Origin: Hyphomicrobiales bacterium
GTDB taxonomy: Bacteria > Pseudomonadota > Alphaproteobacteria > Rhizobiales > JANPGK01
Direction of reading: 5' to 3'
DNA: 64,000 nucleotides
Assembly: GCA_031423895.1 (NCBI GenBank)
Contig: JANPGK010000008.1
Coordinates: 278 to 64,277 of the forward strand
The notes under the pieces are model-generated. The model searched no databases. It was not told the origin of the DNA and saw only the letters and a program-made list of their open reading frames with translations. The position numbers and the translations under genes are program-made. This document shows positions 51,754 through 60,549 of this stretch, one piece after another; positions within the stretch are counted from its first letter, which is position 1, and every line of letters begins with the position of its first letter.

Positions 51754-52851
51754 TTACCCTGCTTTTGGGTAGTCGGTATAACCCTTCTGCGCCCCGCCAT
51801 AAAAAGTAGCGCGGTTATAGGGGGCAAGCGCAATGCCCGCTTGAATGCGCTGCGCCAAATCTGGGTTTGAAATATAGTATCGCCCAAACACAACTGCATC
51901 CGCTGTGCCTGTTTCCACCGCTGTTTTTGCTAGCTCTGGCGTGTAACCACCTGCCGACAAAAACACACCTTTAAAGTGTGCGCGGAACAATTCCGAGGTA
52001 CTGGGGGCGTCTTGGGCAACAGCATCATTTCCGCCTGCGCTTGTGGCGCGCGGTTCTATCATATGCACATAGGCAATGCCGCGCGCGCTGAGCTGTTCGA
52101 GCACATAGGTAAACAGCGCATTTGGGTTTTCATCCGCCATGTCGTTAAACGTGCCATAAGGCGAAAGACGCACGCCCACGCGGTCCTTGCCCCACACAGA
52201 AATTGTGGCATCCACCACTTCGAGCAACAGGCGAGCGCGGTTTTCGATTGACCCACCATAGGAATCAGTGCGGGTGTTGGCGCTGGTTTGTAGGAACTGG
52301 TCGAGCAAATAGCCATTCGCGCCATGCACTTCTACGCCATCGAAGCCGGCATCCTTCGCGCATTGTGCACCGTGCTTAAAGTCCGCAATAATGCCAGGAA
52401 TTTCAGAAAGCTCCAGCGCATGCGGCGTTTCATAAGGCGCTTGCTGCCAATCGGCCGTGAACACCATGCCAGAAGGCTTGATGGCGGAAGGCGCAACGGG
52501 CAATGCGCCGCCAATTTGGTGCGAGCTGTGCGAAATCCGCCCCACATGCCACAGCTGCGCAAAAATTTTGCTGCCCTGTTCTTGCACGGCCTTCGTGATT
52601 AATTTCCAGCCTTCCACTTGTTGCGGCGTGTGAATGCCAGGCGTGCCGGGGTAGCCTTGCCCTTGCTGCGAAACTTGCGTGGCCTCCGTGATGATCAACC
52701 CTGCGCCCGCGCGCTGCGCATAATATTCCGCATTCAGTGCATAGGGCACATTGCCCGGCTGCTGGGCGCGCATGCGGGTGAGCGGCGCCATAATAATGCG
52801 GTTTTTAAGGGTATTCGCGCCCATAATGAGCGGTTCAAATAAATCTGTCAT
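51754..52851 (-). CDS. Old Yellow Enzyme family NADH:flavin oxidoreductase (alkene / N-ethylmaleimide reductase type)
   Basis: LKNRIIMAPLTRMRA...AGLIITEATQVS..GQGYPGTPGIH...QLWHVGR...VEVHGANGYLLDQFL. Confidence 0.9.
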   Translation of the reverse strand: MTDLFEPLIMGANTLKNRIIMAPLTRMRAQQPGNVPYALNAEYYAQRAGAGLIITEATQVSQQGQGYPGTPGIHTPQQVEGWKLITKAVQEQGSKIFAQLWHVGRISHSSHQIGGALPVAPSAIKPSGMVFTADWQQAPYETPHALELSEIPGIIADFKHGAQCAKDAGFDGVEVHGANGYLLDQFLQTSANTRTDSYGGSIENRARLLLEVVDATISVWGKDRVGVRLSPYGTFNDMADENPNALFTYVLEQLSARGIAYVHMIEPRATSAGGNDAVAQDAPSTSELFRAHFKGVFLSAGGYTPELAKTAVETGTADAVVFGRYYISNPDLAQRIQAGIALAPYNRATFYGGAQKGYTDYPKAG

Positions 52852-52865
52852 AGGTGCCTCAATGC

Positions 52866-53366
52866 TTAAATGCTGCCCAAAAAGTCTTTTTTGCCCACAT
52901 CCACACCATTATGGCGCAAAATGGAATAGGCTATTGTGCTGTGAAAATACACATTTGGCAGCACAAAGCCTTGCGCATATTGCAGGCCGGTGAAGTTCAT
53001 TTCCTGCCCGCCCACTTTCAAGTGAATTTCGGCAGCTTCTTTGCCATCAATTTGCGCGGGCGTGAGCGTTTTCAAAAACGCAATGGTTTTGGCAATGCGG
53101 GCTTTGAGTTCATCAAATGTGGCTTCATCATCTGTAAAACTGGGGTTTTCAATACCCGCAAGCCGCGCACCGCCGCCCTTGGCAATATCGCAGGCAATTT
53201 GCACTTGGCGCGCCAGTGCGAACATGTCGGGCGCAAGCCGCGCGTTGATCAAAATGCTGGGGTCGATCTTCTTTTCAACCGCAAAGGCTGCGCCTTTGTC
53301 TAAAATGGCGGAAAGATTGTTCAAAGCGCGGATGGTGGCGGGGAGGGTGTGGTGGTAGAGCGACAT
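52866..53366 (-). CDS. DUF1993 domain protein
   Basis: MSLYHHTLPATIRALNNLSAILDKG...ARLAPDMFALARQVQIACD...NVYFHSTIAYSILRHNGVDVGKKDFLG. The start was moved to 53366. Confidence 0.75.
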   Translation of the reverse strand: MSLYHHTLPATIRALNNLSAILDKGAAFAVEKKIDPSILINARLAPDMFALARQVQIACDIAKGGGARLAGIENPSFTDDEATFDELKARIAKTIAFLKTLTPAQIDGKEAAEIHLKVGGQEMNFTGLQYAQGFVLPNVYFHSTIAYSILRHNGVDVGKKDFLGSI

Positions 53367-53421
53367 CAGGAGTCCTATGGTGAGCGTGAGCCCTTCATAT
53401 GGGAAGCCCCCCAGTGCATTA

Positions 53422-54843
53422 CTAGCCCCCACCTTCCAAAATCTTCTTTAACTGCTCCAGCCCTTCAATCCGCTCAATCGCCTCATGCTTGCCCTGCGCT
53501 AGGAACGCATCGAGCATGGGGTTGAAGTGGATGGCTTCATCCACCTGCGCATTAGAGCCTGCGCGATACGCGCCCAGTTTGATCAACTCTTCCATGTCGC
53601 CATATTGCGCCATCAGGTTTTTGGCGCGTTGAATGACAGGGCGATATTCCATCTCCACGCAATTGGGCATGGTGCGCGAGATGGATTTGAGCACGTTCAC
53701 AGCGGGGTAGCGGCCTTGCTCGGCAATGCGGCGCTCCATCACAATGTGGCCGTCGAGAATGCCGCGCACGGCGTCTGCCACGGGTTCGTTATGGTCGTCT
53801 CCATCCACCAACACCGTGAATAGCCCTGTGATGCTGCCCGAGCCAACCTCGCCGGGGCCGGCGCGCTCCAGCAATTTGGGCAATTCGGCAAACACGGTGG
53901 GGGTGTAGCCCTTGGTGGTGGGGGGTTCGCCCGCCGAAAGGCCAATTTCGCGCTGCGCCATGGCAAAACGCGTGACAGAATCCATCATGCACAGCACTTG
54001 CAGGCCTTGATCACGGAAATATTCGGCAATGGTGAAGGTGAGATAGGCGGCTTGGCGGCGCATCAGCGCGGGCTCATCCGAGGTGGCCACCACCACCACC
54101 GATTTGCGCATGCCTTCCGCGCCCAAATCATCCTCTAAAAATTCCTGCACCTCGCGGCCGCGCTCGCCAATCAATCCAATAACGGCCACATCGCAGGCGG
54201 CATTGCGCGCCATCATCGACATCAACACCGATTTCCCCACGCCAGAGCCCGCAAAAATGCCCAAGCGCTGGCCTTGGCAGCAGGTCACAAATGTGTTGAG
54301 CACCCGCACACCCAAGTCGAGCACGCCGCCCACACGAGCGCGTTTATGGGCTGCAGGGGGCGTGCCACGCACCAATTGTGAATGTGCGCCTTTGAGCAGC
54401 GCGCCTTTACCATCGACAGGTTCGGCCAAGCCATTCACCACCCGCCCCAGCCATGCATGGCACGGCTGCACGCTGGCCTCATGCTGCAAAAGAATAGCGC
54501 GGCACCCCATGCGCACGCCATCGAGCGCGCCAAAGGGCATGGCCAGCGCCCGCTCGCCCTGAAACCCCACAATTTCGGCATGAATATAGCGCCCTGGCGC
54601 GGTTTCAATCTCCACGCGGCTGCCCACACCCATCACATGGGTTGGCCCCATAATTTCAATGAGCAAGCCCTGCACGCCAATCACGCGGCCATACATGGTG
54701 ACACTATCAAGCTGCTCAATCTCGTTGCGCAGGCCGCTCAGGCTGTCTTTTAACTTTTGGTAGGGAATATCGGGCATGGAGGAATCATCCGCTGGTGCGT
54801 TTATCCTACGCCTTGATAGGCGAGAATTCAACACGCTGTGCAT
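53422..54843 (-). CDS. fliI: flagellum-specific (type III secretion) ATPase FliI
   Basis: Walker A is [17 protein letters not shown]. ...[30 protein letters not shown]...[14 protein letters not shown]. The start is uncertain (54843 or the ATG at 54777). Confidence 0.9.
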   Translation of the reverse strand: MHSVLNSRLSRRRINAPADDSSMPDIPYQKLKDSLSGLRNEIEQLDSVTMYGRVIGVQGLLIEIMGPTHVMGVGSRVEIETAPGRYIHAEIVGFQGERALAMPFGALDGVRMGCRAILLQHEASVQPCHAWLGRVVNGLAEPVDGKGALLKGAHSQLVRGTPPAAHKRARVGGVLDLGVRVLNTFVTCCQGQRLGIFAGSGVGKSVLMSMMARNAACDVAVIGLIGERGREVQEFLEDDLGAEGMRKSVVVVATSDEPALMRRQAAYLTFTIAEYFRDQGLQVLCMMDSVTRFAMAQREIGLSAGEPPTTKGYTPTVFAELPKLLERAGPGEVGSGSITGLFTVLVDGDDHNEPVADAVRGILDGHIVMERRIAEQGRYPAVNVLKSISRTMPNCVEMEYRPVIQRAKNLMAQYGDMEELIKLGAYRAGSNAQVDEAIHFNPMLDAFLAQGKHEAIERIEGLEQLKKILEGGG

Positions 54844-55011
54844 AACCCATGTTGCACTGCATAAAACTATGAGTCTGTTGAATCACTTAGCGTAAATGTT
54901 TAAAGTAATTTATATCCGTTAACAAAGCCAAATTCATGTTATATATAAATTATTTAGGGTAAAAAATCAGAAAAAAATGAATTAACACTTGCGGCGCAGA
55001 ATCATCTTTTG

Positions 55012-55019
55012 TTAACCAT
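55012..55019 (+). promoter_or_regulatory. TTAACCAT CtrA-type 8-mer in the fliI-ctrA divergent intergenic region
   Basis: An exact match to the TTAACCAT motif described for Caulobacter CtrA-regulated promoters, about 90 nt upstream of the ctrA ATG. No canonical TTAA-N7-TTAA was found. Confidence 0.35.
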
Positions 55020-55107
55020 TTAAGGGTAGCGTTAAGAATCAGTGAAGCGTGCATGTGATGCAAGCAAACACACAGATATGAAACGATTTTTTTTGGGGAG
55101 GACGCAC

Positions 55108-55803
55108 ATGCGTGTGCTTTTAATTGAAGACGACAGCGCAGTAGCGCAAAGCATCGAACTGATGCTAAAATCAGAAGGATTTAACGTCTATGCCACCGAT
55201 TTGGGCGAAGAAGGGGTGGATCTTGGCAAATTATATGATTACGACATCATATTGCTTGATCTGAACTTGCCCGACATGTCTGGTTACGAAGTTCTGCGCA
55301 CATTACGTGTTTCCAAAGTGCGCACGCCAATCCTCATTCTCTCAGGTATGGCGGGCATTGAAGATAAAGTGCGTGGCCTTGGCTTCGGCGCCGATGATTA
55401 CCTCACCAAACCATTCCACAAGGACGAGCTGGTGGCCCGCATTCACGCCATTGTGCGCCGTTCAAAAGGCCATGCACAATCGGTGATCAACACGGGTGAT
55501 CTCACCGTGAACCTTGATACAAAAACCGTGGAAGTGGCCGCCCAGCGCGTGCACCTCACCGGCAAAGAATATCAAATGCTTGAGTTGCTTTCCTTGCGCA
55601 AGGGCACCACACTCACCAAAGAAATGTTCCTCAACCACCTGTATGGCGGCATGGACGAACCAGAACTCAAAATCATCGACGTGTTTATTTGCAAACTTCG
55701 CAAAAAACTTGCGGGTTCAACTGGCAAAAACTACATTGAAACCGTGTGGGGCCGTGGCTATGTGCTGCGCGACCCAGATGAAGCCGATTTTGCTGCGGCT
55801 TGA
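55108..55803 (+). CDS. ctrA: cell-cycle response regulator CtrA (OmpR family)
   Basis: [36 protein letters not shown]...[22 protein letters not shown]...[23 protein letters not shown]...[12 protein letters not shown]...[25 protein letters not shown] precedes the start. Confidence 0.95.
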   Translation: MRVLLIEDDSAVAQSIELMLKSEGFNVYATDLGEEGVDLGKLYDYDIILLDLNLPDMSGYEVLRTLRVSKVRTPILILSGMAGIEDKVRGLGFGADDYLTKPFHKDELVARIHAIVRRSKGHAQSVINTGDLTVNLDTKTVEVAAQRVHLTGKEYQMLELLSLRKGTTLTKEMFLNHLYGGMDEPELKIIDVFICKLRKKLAGSTGKNYIETVWGRGYVLRDPDEADFAAA

Positions 55804-55827
55804 ATGTAATACACCTTCCCCAATTGC

Positions 55828-55852
55828 AAAACCCGCCCATGTGGCGGGTTTT
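55828..55852 (+). terminator. rho-independent terminator of ctrA
   Basis: AAAACCCGCC-catgt-GGCGGGTTTT. Confidence 0.8.
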
Positions 55853-56271
55853 GTGTGTGCAGCGTCAATGCGAGGAAATCCTTTATTGACGAAGCAATCT
55901 AGCTCTTAAGATTCTGGTTTACCGCGCTGTGTTCCACCCCATCGCAATGACACCCGCAGATCGTCATATGATATATGTTTAAAAGTTTTGCGCCCCCTTA
56001 TCCATTGAAATTCCACATGAAATACAAATTTATCCCCCACGCTTCAGGGTAGTGTATTCTATAGCCTAGGGTTAAAATCATGGCGCCTGTGCTGGTTACG
56101 ATTGGTATATGCGCGGTGGTGAGTATCCCTTAGCTCTTTGATAGGTGAATCTGTAGATTAAAACTATGCCCTCCAGCGTGGCATGGGTTGAGCCTGTTTG
56201 TGTGCATCAAACCAGCGCTCGCCCATGATGCACCCGCGCTGTGGGGGGATTTTTTGTACGCAAAAACAGGT

Positions 56272-56360
56272 GTCATTCTGAACGCGCGTAAGCGCAGTGA
56301 AGAATCTCCTTGAGGTTGAGCACAATTGGCGGGAGATCCTTCGCCTTCGCTCAGGATGAC
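56272..56360. repeat. GTCAT...ATGAC palindromic REP/MITE-like element, family C copy 1
   Basis: GTCATTCTGAACGCGCGTAAGCGCAGTGAAGAATCTCCTTGAGG...GGGAGATCCTTCGCCTTCGCTCAGGATGAC. Homologous to 58437-58523 and, inverted, to 60574-60653. Confidence 0.85.
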
Positions 56361-56382
56361 ATTGCGTTAAATATAGTTTACA

Positions 56383-56414
56383 AAAAAACGCCCACGCAAA
56401 TGCGCAGGCGTTTT
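56383..56414 (-). terminator. candidate terminator downstream of rpsP
   Basis: The minus strand reads AAAACGCCTGCGCATTTGCGTGGGCGTTTTTTT. Confidence 0.5.
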
Positions 56415-56436
56415 AAATTGAATCAATAACTAACTG

Positions 56437-56799
56437 TTACTCAGCAGCGGCTTCCGCTGGAGCGGCTTCAGCTTCAGCATTTGCTGCGGCGCGTTCAAGC
56501 GATTTTTTGCCCGGCAATGCGGCTTCAGGGTTGTTGCGTGGGGCGCGTTTGGCAAGGCCAGCAGCATCTAAAAAGCGCAAAACGCGGTCGGTCGGTTGTG
56601 CACCAACGCTTAGCCAATGTTGGATCCGGTCTGTGACCAATGTCACACGGTTTGCAGCATCACGCGCCAGCATTGGGTTATAGGTGCCTACTTTTTCAAT
56701 AAACGCACCATCACGCGGGTTGCGGGCATCTGTCACCACAATACGGTAATACGGGCGTTTTTTAGCACCACCACGCGCCAAACGAATTTTCAAAGCCAT
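56437..56799 (-). CDS. rpsP: 30S ribosomal protein S16
   Basis: [42 protein letters not shown]..., with an Ala/Glu-rich C-terminal tail. Confidence 0.95.
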   Translation of the reverse strand: MALKIRLARGGAKKRPYYRIVVTDARNPRDGAFIEKVGTYNPMLARDAANRVTLVTDRIQHWLSVGAQPTDRVLRFLDAAGLAKRAPRNNPEAALPGKKSLERAAANAEAEAAPAEAAAE

Positions 56800-56840
56800 A
56801 GTTTTGTCCTTAACTGAATCTGTGAATTGGCTCTATAACC

Positions 56841-58409
56841 CTATTTTTTACCCTTTGGCAAGCCCTGATTTGCACCAAAAGGAAACCCAGGCAATTTATT
56901 GTTGGCATTGGGGGCGCCAAGCCCTGGCAAGCCGCCCAAACCTGGCATGCCAGCACCGCCTTTGGGCATCGATTTCATGAGCTCTTGCATTTGGTCGGGG
57001 CTTGGTAATCCTTGGGGCATGCCTTTTGGCATTTGGGGCATCCCGCCACCGCCCATACCGAACATGCCGCCCAATTTGCTGGCAAGACCTCCGCCCATAC
57101 CGCCCATACCTTTGCCGCCCATCATTTTCATCATATCGGCCATTTGGCGGTGCATTTTTAGTACCTTGTTGATCTCTTCTAGCGATGTGCCAGAACCCGC
57201 CGCAATACGCTTTTTGCGGCTGAAATTCAGCAGATCAGGCTTGGCACGCTCTTTGGGGGTCATGGACTGAATCACGGCCAGCTGGCGCTTGAGGGTATTG
57301 TCATTAATATTGGCCGTTTTCATGGCGTCTTTCATTTTGCCCATGCCCGGCAACATGCCCATCACACCACCGAGGCCGCCCATGGCCTGCATTTGCTGCA
57401 ATTGGGTGGCCATATCAGCAAGGTCGAAATTGCCTTTGGCCATGCGCTGCGCCATTTTTTGCGCGGCTTCTGCATCAATGGTTTGCGATGCTTTTTCCAC
57501 CAGCGCCACAATGTCGCCCATGCCGAGGATTCGGTCGGCCATGCGCTGTGGGGTGAAGGCCTCAATTGCATCTAATTTTTCGCCAGTACCCAAAAATTTA
57601 ATGGGTTTGCCTGTGATCGCGCGCACTGAAAGCGCCGCGCCGCCGCGGCCATCGCCATCAATCCGTGTGAGAATTGCGCCTGTAATATTCACCGCTTCGT
57701 CGAACGCGCGTGCCGAAACCACCGCATCCTGCCCCGTGAGGGCGTCGGCGACAAACAACACATCGGCGGGGTTGGCAAAGGCACGAATGTCTTTCAACTC
57801 CTGCACCAGCGCTTCATCCACATGGGTGCGGCCGGCGGTATCGAGAAACACAACATCATAGCCGCCCAATTTGGCCTCGCTCATGGCGCGGCGGGCAATT
57901 TCAATGGGCTGTTGGCCAGCGATGATCGGCAATGTATCAATGCCCGCTTGCGTGCCCAAAATGGCCAGCTGCTCCTGTGCGGCGGGGCGGCGAGTGTCGA
58001 GCGATGCCAGCAGCACTTTCTTTTTCTCGCGGGTTTTTAGCCACAATGCCAGCTTGCCAGTGGATGTGGTTTTGCCCGAGCCTTGCAAGCCCACCATCAT
58101 AATCAGCGCGGGGGCGGGCACGTTCAAGTTCAGCGTGGCGCCATCGGTACCCAGCAATTCCACCATAGCGTCGTGCACAATTTTGATGACCTGCTGCCCC
58201 GGTGAAACGGACTTGATAACCTGCTGCCCCACAGCAGCGGTGCGCACGGTTTCCACAAATTGCTTCACCACCTCCAGCGCCACATCGGCCTCGAGCAAAG
58301 CGCGGCGTACTTCACGCAAGGCGGTGTCCACATCCTCCTGCCGCAGCGCCCCGCGTTTGGTGAGCGTGGCAAAAATATCGGTGAGGCGGGTGGAGAGTTG
58401 GTCGAACAT
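56841..58409 (-). CDS. ffh: signal recognition particle protein Ffh
   Basis: MFDQLSTRLTDIFATLTKRGALRQEDVDTALREVRRALLEADV, GLQGSGKTTSTGKLA, DTAGR and a Met/Gly-rich M domain. Confidence 0.97.
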   Translation of the reverse strand: MFDQLSTRLTDIFATLTKRGALRQEDVDTALREVRRALLEADVALEVVKQFVETVRTAAVGQQVIKSVSPGQQVIKIVHDAMVELLGTDGATLNLNVPAPALIMMVGLQGSGKTTSTGKLALWLKTREKKKVLLASLDTRRPAAQEQLAILGTQAGIDTLPIIAGQQPIEIARRAMSEAKLGGYDVVFLDTAGRTHVDEALVQELKDIRAFANPADVLFVADALTGQDAVVSARAFDEAVNITGAILTRIDGDGRGGAALSVRAITGKPIKFLGTGEKLDAIEAFTPQRMADRILGMGDIVALVEKASQTIDAEAAQKMAQRMAKGNFDLADMATQLQQMQAMGGLGGVMGMLPGMGKMKDAMKTANINDNTLKRQLAVIQSMTPKERAKPDLLNFSRKKRIAAGSGTSLEEINKVLKMHRQMADMMKMMGGKGMGGMGGGLASKLGGMFGMGGGGMPQMPKGMPQGLPSPDQMQELMKSMPKGGAGMPGLGGLPGLGAPNANNKLPGFPFGANQGLPKGKK

Positions 58410-58436
58410 GGGGTGTACCTATTGAATTTGGATGCT

Positions 58437-58523
58437 GTCATTCTGAGTAAGCGCAGCGCAGTGCAGGATCTCCTTAAATGTGAGCTCAATCTGTAGGAGA
58501 TCCTTCGCGACGCTCAGGATGAC
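58437..58523. repeat. family C element copy 2, immediately upstream of ffh
   Basis: GTCATTCTGAGTAAGCGCAGCGCAGTGCAGGATCTCCTTAAATG...GGAGATCCTTCGCGACGCTCAGGATGAC. Confidence 0.85.
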
Positions 58524-58600
58524 AACCACCCATAGCGCGAAATGCAGGCATGGGGAAGAGGGTTGTAAGCTGTATAGATTTATGGTAAAGGAGGCGAATA

Positions 58601-59122
58601 ATGCAATTTGTTTTAATTAAGGATGATACAATGAAAGCTGATGATTTGGCCGTTACTATTAAAACAGAGTTTTTTAAAAGCTTTGTGAGAAAAAATCCCT
58701 ATGATGCGTTTATTTCGCAAGCTGCAGACGGTAAATTTAAACTTGATCAGCAAGGCGCTGCTGAGTTTATGCGTATACCATCCATAAAAGATTACTTTTA
58801 CGAGGCGGGCATGCGCGTGGGTGCTGCAAAATCTCAGCTGAGGGTTCAGTATAAACAATCTTCTAATTTATCAGGGGAAGTTTGGCAAAAAAGCGCTGCG
58901 ATTGTGGATACTATCAGCACCCAAGCTGCGATTGTGGAGTCTAAAGGACCAACTGCTCCTATTTATAAATATATTTCGGGACTTTCATTTGCTATCTGGA
59001 AGCAGGGTTTTATTTTAGGGACTACACAATTTATGGCGCTTGTGTTGGGTGTTGGCTTGGGCTTTAAGATCATACAAAATGGTGCTTCATCATTATTAGC
59101 TGATGCAAAAGAGAAGGTATAA
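58601..59122 (+). CDS. small C-terminally TM-anchored hypothetical protein, pair member 1
   Basis: 173 aa, AT-rich, preceded by an AAGGAGG RBS. It ends FAIWKQGFILGTTQFMALVLGVGLGFKIIQNGASSLLADAKEKV. Confidence 0.5.
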   Translation: MQFVLIKDDTMKADDLAVTIKTEFFKSFVRKNPYDAFISQAADGKFKLDQQGAAEFMRIPSIKDYFYEAGMRVGAAKSQLRVQYKQSSNLSGEVWQKSAAIVDTISTQAAIVESKGPTAPIYKYISGLSFAIWKQGFILGTTQFMALVLGVGLGFKIIQNGASSLLADAKEKV

Positions 59123-59133
59123 AAGGGATATTC

Positions 59134-59604
59134 ATGGCGATTGAACACGATTTATCTGCAGCGAAATCTAGTTTTTTGAGATATTGGAATAATGTACACC
59201 CCGTAGAGGGTTTCTATAAAGATGTTAAAAATGGAGAACAAGAGTTAACGGTTCTCAATATGAGTGAATATATGAAGAAGTATCAAACTCGTTATGAAAA
59301 AAACGGGTTTGACTGCGGAAAGTTCTATAAAAAATATGCTAAAGTGAGCCCTCGCTTTGTTGCGGATCTGCAATTTTTAATGGATCAAACAGCCGCTGCC
59401 AGTGCTGTCACACATGTTAAAATGGGTTTGAGTGAAACTCCAAAGGCTGTACAGCAATTGGCCTTTAATACTGCTTTTACATATTGGAAGGCAGGTTTTC
59501 AAAAAGGTATGCTCAGTGCCTCCATCGCTCTTGCAGGGCTTGGGCTCACTTTTTTGGCCACGCAATGGGGCAAAGGCGCGGCGCAAAAGCAGGATCGAGC
59601 ATAG
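59134..59604 (+). CDS. small C-terminally TM-anchored hypothetical protein, pair member 2
   Basis: 156 aa. It ends FTYWKAGFQKGMLSASIALAGLGLTFLATQWGKGAAQKQDRA and shares the xWKxGFxxG-TM pattern with the preceding gene. Confidence 0.5.
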   Translation: MAIEHDLSAAKSSFLRYWNNVHPVEGFYKDVKNGEQELTVLNMSEYMKKYQTRYEKNGFDCGKFYKKYAKVSPRFVADLQFLMDQTAAASAVTHVKMGLSETPKAVQQLAFNTAFTYWKAGFQKGMLSASIALAGLGLTFLATQWGKGAAQKQDRA

Positions 59605-59661
59605 TGGGCGCACGCAATCATTTCTTTTGCAGTGCACCCAAAATTGGTATATAACAGTTCT

Positions 59662-60549
59662 ATGACAACGCAGGTGCAGCATCGGTTGGAGCATTTAAAC
59701 GTGCCATTTCTGAAAATGAATGGGGCGGGCAATGATTTTATTGTGCTCGATGCGCGCAAAGCGCCCCTCAATCTCACACCCGATGACATTCGCTTGATGG
59801 CCAGCCGCACCCATGGCATTGGTTGTGATCAGCTGATTGTGTTGACCCCTTCAAATGAGGCCGATGTGTTCATCACATTTTATAACGCGGATGGTTCCAC
59901 TGCAGGCGCATGTGGTAATGGCACGCGCTGCGTTGGCGCGTTGATGATGCGCGAAAATGGCAAAACCAGTACAAAAATGGCCACATCGGCGGGTATATTA
60001 GAAGCGTTTGCCACAGGCGTGCGCAATTCGGTGCAGGTTAATATGGGCATGCCGCGCCTGAATTGGCAGGATGTGCCACTTGCGCATGAGGTGAAAAATA
60101 CCGCCGAGGTGCCGTTGCGGTTTTTGCCTGTGCAGTTGCAGCATTTAGGGGAACCCGCGGCCGCTTCAATGGGCAACCCCCATGTGGTGTTTTTTGTGCC
60201 TTCGCATGATGGCGTGAACCATGCCGATCTGGGCGCGATTATGGAGCATGCGCCTCTATTTCCGCAGCGGGTGAATGTGAATTTTGCACAGGTGATCTCA
60301 AAATCGCAAATTCGCCTGATGGTGTGGGAACGCGGTGCAGGGCTGACGCAAGCCTGCGGCACAGGCGCGTGCGCTGCCGCCATTTCAGCGATGCGCCGTG
60401 GCCTCACGGGCAATAAAGTGCTGGTGCAATTGCCCGGTGGCGCCCTCACGGTGGAGTGGCAGTTTGATGGCAGCGTGCTGATGACAGGACCCGTGAGCTT
60501 TGATGGCGAGGGCATTGTGGCCACTGCATTGCGCGAGCATGCAGCATGA
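59662..60549 (+). CDS. dapF: diaminopimelate epimerase
   Basis: FLKMNGAGNDFIVLD...GIGCDQLIVL...NADGSTAGACGNGTRC...MGNPHVVFFV...ERGAGLTQACGTGACAA. Confidence 0.95.
   Translation: MTTQVQHRLEHLNVPFLKMNGAGNDFIVLDARKAPLNLTPDDIRLMASRTHGIGCDQLIVLTPSNEADVFITFYNADGSTAGACGNGTRCVGALMMRENGKTSTKMATSAGILEAFATGVRNSVQVNMGMPRLNWQDVPLAHEVKNTAEVPLRFLPVQLQHLGEPAAASMGNPHVVFFVPSHDGVNHADLGAIMEHAPLFPQRVNVNFAQVISKSQIRLMVWERGAGLTQACGTGACAAAISAMRRGLTGNKVLVQLPGGALTVEWQFDGSVLMTGPVSFDGEGIVATALREHAA

Noticed and set aside
55020-55035. Possible full CtrA box TTAA-N7-TTAA upstream of ctrA
   Set aside because: The two TTAA half-sites are separated by 8 nt, not 7. Only the TTAACCAT 8-mer at 55012-55019 is an exact match, so the full box is not claimed.
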